Part shown: one piece after another, positions 42,672-46,706 of the stretch
Numbering within the stretch: position 1 is the first letter of the stretch
Layout of the letters: every line of letters begins with the position of its first letter
Virus record (IMG/VR): IMGVR_UViG_3300035524_000057
Span: 1-46,706 of that record
Source of the DNA: a virus
Taxonomy: Duplodnaviria; Caudoviricetes
Direction: 5' to 3' (one strand)
Length of the DNA: 46,706 nucleotides
The notes under the pieces: model-generated
What the model saw: the letters and a program-made list of their open reading frames with translations, nothing else
What the model was told of the DNA's origin: nothing
Databases searched by the model: none
Position numbers and translations under genes: made by a program

Positions 42672-45600
42672 ATGACAAGACCCTGTGCTATCATGCGAGG
42701 CGTGAGGTGCTTACTCAAAAAATTTCATCGCCAGACCGTGGCGCGCAAGCTGGCTGTGGCCGCATTGGTCCTGCTGGGTCCGGCCGCCATACTTGGCGCG
42801 TTCATGGAGTCGGGGTTCCGGTATGACCTGCGGATCGGCCGCACAGAGCTGGCCGGTACGCGCTACCTGCGCCCCGCGTTTGAACTGCTGCACGCCGTAA
42901 GCGAGCACCAAACCGCCCGTCTGGTACAGCGGGCCGATGCTCCGACCGTCCCAGCGGAAGGAACGGTCCTGCTGACGCCACAGGAGCTGGCTGCCGAGCA
43001 GCGGGCCCCCGCAAGCATCCCACCTGTGCCGAAATCCCGGCTCATGACCGTGGAGCACACCCTGGGTCTGCTGGAACAAACCGTGCGCAACGAAGCGGCT
43101 CGGTTCAGAAGTTCCCCGTCCTTTCTTCCGGAAGACGAACAGCGCATGAACCCGGAACTCTTGCGCCATGCCTGGGAGGCGATTCTTACCTCGGAAGACC
43201 TCGAAGCCTACGACGACATGTTCATGATCCTGCTCCAGGCCATGTCCGCCGTGAGCGACTGCGCCAACCTCGCCCTGGACCCGGCTCTGGACAGCCACGC
43301 CCTGGCCACGGCCATCGCCCTGAACCTGCCGCGCGCCAGCGTGCTGCTTTCAGAACTGGAACGCATGGCCTTGGAACTGCATTCCCACGGCGTCTCCCTG
43401 TCCCCGGGGCAAGCCGATCCCGGGCTTTTGCAACGACGGGACCGGATTCTGCGGCGCATCGGCCTGCTGCGGGACGGGCTGGTGGCGGAAGTGACCAGCA
43501 ACGCCCGCCGGGCCGTTCTGGAAGATCCCAATTTTTACGGTGTCATTCCCGAACTGGAAAAAAACCTGCTTCCGGTTCTGGCCCGTTTTGAAGAAGAAAC
43601 CCGCCGGGCCGTTGAATCCATGCAGGACCTCTGCCATGGACGGGGCGACCCGGCCAGGGCGGCTCTTCTGGTCCGCCAAGCGCGCATCGCCCTGACGGAT
43701 CTGGCCATGACCGGCTTGACCCGGCTCGACCTTATGGTGCAGCAGCGCATGGACGTCCTTCAGCAGCGGCGGCTGGCCGCCGTTCTCAGCGGCATCGCGG
43801 CAACAGCGCTGGCCCTTTCCATTCTGATGCTCATCTGGCGGCACTTGTCCAGTTCCATCTCCCGTGGGCTGGAATATGTGCACCGCGTGGCCGAAGGGGA
43901 TTACTCCGCCCGGGTGGACGACGCGGACTTTGGCCATGATCTGGCGGCCTACACCAATGGCGTGCGCCAGATGGTGGGAACGCTCAAACAACAGATCGGT
44001 CTGCTGGACGGCGTGCTCCGCAACATGACGGTTCCGTGCCTGGTGGTGGATGCCGAAGAGCGGCTCACCTTCATCAACCGGCCTTATCTGGACCTTTTTG
44101 AAATGGATAAAGAGGCCGAGGATTACCTGGGCCTGACCCTGAACCAATTCTTCTATGACGGAAAATCCGTCAACACCATTTTGGGCAAGGCCATGCAGGA
44201 AGGCAACGCCCAAAAGGGCCTTCAGATGTCCCTGCTCTCGGTGGGCGGCAGGCCGCTCACCGTGCGTTACGACGTGGCCCCCCTACACGACCTGGACGGC
44301 ACGCTCATCGGCGGATTCGCCATGTTCGTGGACCTGACGGAAATACATGAACAACAGCAGGAGATTGAACGGCTGGCCGCCTTTCCCCGGGAAAATCCCA
44401 ACCCGCTCTTTTCCACGGACGCCCAGGGCGTGATCCTGTTCATGAACCCTGCGGCGGCCAAGGCCATTGAAGACCTCCGGATCGGGCCCGAGGCTCTTTT
44501 GCCCCCTAACCATGCAGATATCGTACGGGCCGTCGTGTCCACGCGTTCCTCACGACTGGACGTGGAATCCCGGCCCGGGGACCGCATCTACAGCTGGGCC
44601 TACCACCCCGTGCCTCATCAAAAACAGGCTTACGTCTATGGGCTGGACATCACCCTGCGCCGCCGCATGGAAGAACAACTGACCCACGACGCCCTGCACG
44701 ACGGCCTTACCGGACTGCCCAACCGCTCCCTGTTCCTGGACCGCGTGGAGCAGGCCCTGGGTCGTGCCCGGCGCAATCCGGACGCCCGTTTCGCTATTTT
44801 GTTCCTGGATCTGGACCGGTTCAAAAACATCAACGACTCCCTGGGGCACGCGGCCGGGGATGAACTACTCCTGCAATTCAGCGAACGGCTCGGCAGTCTG
44901 CTGAATGAAGAGGACACCCTGGCGCGGCTGGGCGGCGACGAATTCGTCATTCTTCTGGAGCACCTCGCCGGAGCGGACCGGGCCCTGGCCCTGGCCGACA
45001 AAGTCCACCAGGGCATGAGCCGCCCCTTCCAGGTGCAGGAACACGAGCTCTTCATCACGGCCAGCGTGGGCCTGGTGGTGGGCCCTGAAGACAACGTCGG
45101 CCCCCAGGACCTGCTGCGCAACGCGGACACCGCCATGTACCGGGCCAAGGCTGAAGGACGGGCCCGGTCCGCCGTCTATGACCAAGCCATGCACAACGAA
45201 GCCCGCGAACGCCTCAGCCTGGAAATGGACATGCAGCGCGGTCTGGAAAACGGAGAGTTCGAACCTTACTACCAGCCGCTGATCAACATCGCGGACGGCC
45301 AGTTGCACGGCTTCGAGGCGTTGGCCCGTTGGAACCACCCCACACGAGGGCTGGTTTCCCCGGGCATGTTCATCCCCATTGCCGAGGAGACCGGTCTTAT
45401 CGCGGTGCTGGGGCGGCGCATGCTGGAACTTTCCATGCAGCGCCTTGCGGCCTGGCGCCGGGAGCTGCCCCCCAACTCTCCCCTGAGCATGAGCGTGAAC
45501 CTCTCCCCAGAACAAATGGGACGTGAAGACGTGCTCCAAGAGCTGCAAGACGTGCTGCAACGCCATGACCTGACACCGGAGCTGCTGAAAATCGAAATCA

Positions 45601-45992
45601 CGGAAAGCGGGGTCATGAGCAACCCAAAGTGCGCTTTGCGCCTCCTCAAGAACATCAGCGCCCACGGCATTCTCCTGGCTGTGGACGACTTCGGCACCGG
45701 GTATTCCTCCCTGTCCCACCTGAGCCGCTTCCCATTCGACTTTATCAAAATCGATCAGTCTTTTGTCCGCGGCATGCTTACCAGCAGGCAGGATATGGAA
45801 ATCGTGCGTTCCGTCGTGGCCCTGGCCCACGGGCTGGAAAAGAAGATCATTGCCGAAGGCATCGAAGAACCGGAGCAGCTCATGGCCCTCCAGCAAATGG
45901 GCTGCCACTTTGGACAGGGATACCTCTTCTCCCCTCCCGTGCCCGCGGCCAAGGCCCGGATGATGCTCTTTCGCACCAGCCCCTGGTATTGA
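42672..45992 (+). CDS. Host membrane-bound diguanylate cyclase/phosphodiesterase (HAMP-PAS-PAS-GGDEF-EAL)
   Basis: Two TM segments, HD.LTGLPNR, DLDRFK.IND, RLGGDEF, FEALARW, EITES, DDFGTGYSSL; true start may be slightly downstream. Confidence 0.95.
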   Translation: MTRPCAIMRGVRCLLKKFHRQTVARKLAVAALVLLGPAAILGAFMESGFRYDLRIGRTELAGTRYLRPAFELLHAVSEHQTARLVQRADAPTVPAEGTVLLTPQELAAEQRAPASIPPVPKSRLMTVEHTLGLLEQTVRNEAARFRSSPSFLPEDEQRMNPELLRHAWEAILTSEDLEAYDDMFMILLQAMSAVSDCANLALDPALDSHALATAIALNLPRASVLLSELERMALELHSHGVSLSPGQADPGLLQRRDRILRRIGLLRDGLVAEVTSNARRAVLEDPNFYGVIPELEKNLLPVLARFEEETRRAVESMQDLCHGRGDPARAALLVRQARIALTDLAMTGLTRLDLMVQQRMDVLQQRRLAAVLSGIAATALALSILMLIWRHLSSSISRGLEYVHRVAEGDYSARVDDADFGHDLAAYTNGVRQMVGTLKQQIGLLDGVLRNMTVPCLVVDAEERLTFINRPYLDLFEMDKEAEDYLGLTLNQFFYDGKSVNTILGKAMQEGNAQKGLQMSLLSVGGRPLTVRYDVAPLHDLDGTLIGGFAMFVDLTEIHEQQQEIERLAAFPRENPNPLFSTDAQGVILFMNPAAAKAIEDLRIGPEALLPPNHADIVRAVVSTRSSRLDVESRPGDRIYSWAYHPVPHQKQAYVYGLDITLRRRMEEQLTHDALHDGLTGLPNRSLFLDRVEQALGRARRNPDARFAILFLDLDRFKNINDSLGHAAGDELLLQFSERLGSLLNEEDTLARLGGDEFVILLEHLAGADRALALADKVHQGMSRPFQVQEHELFITASVGLVVGPEDNVGPQDLLRNADTAMYRAKAEGRARSAVYDQAMHNEARERLSLEMDMQRGLENGEFEPYYQPLINIADGQLHGFEALARWNHPTRGLVSPGMFIPIAEETGLIAVLGRRMLELSMQRLAAWRRELPPNSPLSMSVNLSPEQMGREDVLQELQDVLQRHDLTPELLKIEITESGVMSNPKCALRLLKNISAHGILLAVDDFGTGYSSLSHLSRFPFDFIKIDQSFVRGMLTSRQDMEIVRSVVALAHGLEKKIIAEGIEEPEQLMALQQMGCHFGQGYLFSPPVPAAKARMMLFRTSPWY

Positions 45993-46074
45993 CCGGAACC
46001 CGCTTTCTTGCCATGAAATATAATTAAAGGTACCCAAAAAAGAAGTTGATCAACACCACAAGCCGGAAACGATC

Positions 46075-46706
46075 ATGAACAAGCCTTTGGGCAAACGCCT
46101 TACAGAACGCTTCGACCTTGAGCTGCCCGCCTCCCTTTCCATTGCGGAGCCAAACGGCGCCAAGGACCTTGTGCAGCTTCTGACCAAGGACATCTGCTCT
46201 CAGGGGGCGTTCCTGAACACCAAGGCTCCGCTCCCGCCCGGCACGCAGGTGAATCTCCGACTGGTGGTACCCTTGGACCACATCCCGGAACTGCGGGGAC
46301 GCCAGTCCGAAATCCAGGCTTCCGGAACAGTGATCCGCAATCATGAAAACGGCATGGCCATCCGCTTTGACCTGGGGTACCAGCTTCTTCCGGTACGCCC
46401 CCATTTCTTTATCCACGTCACCGGACGAAACAAGTTGCTCAATGAACTGCTGGCCCGCCACGTATCACGGGAAATGGGCATGCGGGCCGACTTCGGCCGG
46501 GTGGAACAGCTCACCCGCGGCAAAGTGCTTCAAAACGGCACCACTTATCTTGCCCTGGTGGACTATCTGGACATTCGCGCCGGGCTGCCCCTTTCCGAGC
46601 TGGAAGAAGCCATCGACGTCAAGGGTGCCCAGTGCGTCATCGCTCTGTTCAATGCGGAGCGGGACCAGACCCTGACGGACAGCGCCCTGCGCCACGGCGC
46701 CCGGGG
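46075..46706 (+). CDS. Host PilZ-domain fusion protein, partial (runs off the window)
   Basis: Read manually from ATG 46075: KRLTERFDL (RxxxR), TKDICSQGAF, GTVIR....MAIRF; then a receiver-like segment; no stop before the window end. Confidence 0.75.
   Translation, partial: MNKPLGKRLTERFDLELPASLSIAEPNGAKDLVQLLTKDICSQGAFLNTKAPLPPGTQVNLRLVVPLDHIPELRGRQSEIQASGTVIRNHENGMAIRFDLGYQLLPVRPHFFIHVTGRNKLLNELLARHVSREMGMRADFGRVEQLTRGKVLQNGTTYLALVDYLDIRAGLPLSELEEAIDVKGAQCVIALFNAERDQTLTDSALRHGAR

Noticed and set aside
44865-46037. 390-aa minus-strand ORF over the GGDEF/EAL gene
   Set aside because: Antisense shadow of a conserved GC-rich host gene.

Overview
Positions 1 to about 42,530 are the right-hand part of an apparently intact temperate prophage inserted at the 3' end of a tRNA-Val(GAC) gene (42500-42574, minus strand). 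The other attachment site is not in the window. The virion genes (minus strand, 1-23.9 kb) follow a BPP-1/T7-like podovirus layout: TerS, PBSX-type TerL, portal, Bbp19-like protein, scaffold, major capsid, Bbp16-like cement, tail tubular A and B, internal virion proteins, a 2310-aa ejection protein and two tail fibres. A lysis cassette (DUF5675 peptidase, 3TM holin) lies upstream. The early region is lambdoid in layout. A cro/cI switch carries a shared 14-bp operator; a leftward operon holds CII-like, replication initiator, loader and VRR-NUC genes; a rightward operon holds a pentapeptide-repeat protein, YqaJ, DUF1351, RecT, an ASCH-like protein, a C5 methyltransferase, xis and int. Two accessory cassettes lie at 25.4-26.6 kb and 31.9-33.3 kb. 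Host genes follow the tRNA: a HAMP/PAS/GGDEF/EAL protein and a truncated PilZ fusion. The host may be a Desulfovibrionales-type deltaproteobacterium (weak inference). Most notable: (1) a dual-coded methyltransferase whose target-recognition region and motif IX are in an overlapping +1 frame; (2) an ADP-ribosyltransferase-like domain and HExxH motif inside the ejection protein; (3) a glycosyltransferase-like gene in the head module; (4) 13 phage proteins ending in Ala-Ala; (5) a candidate structured RNA before terS. All family assignments are by eye from motifs and synteny; no searches were run.
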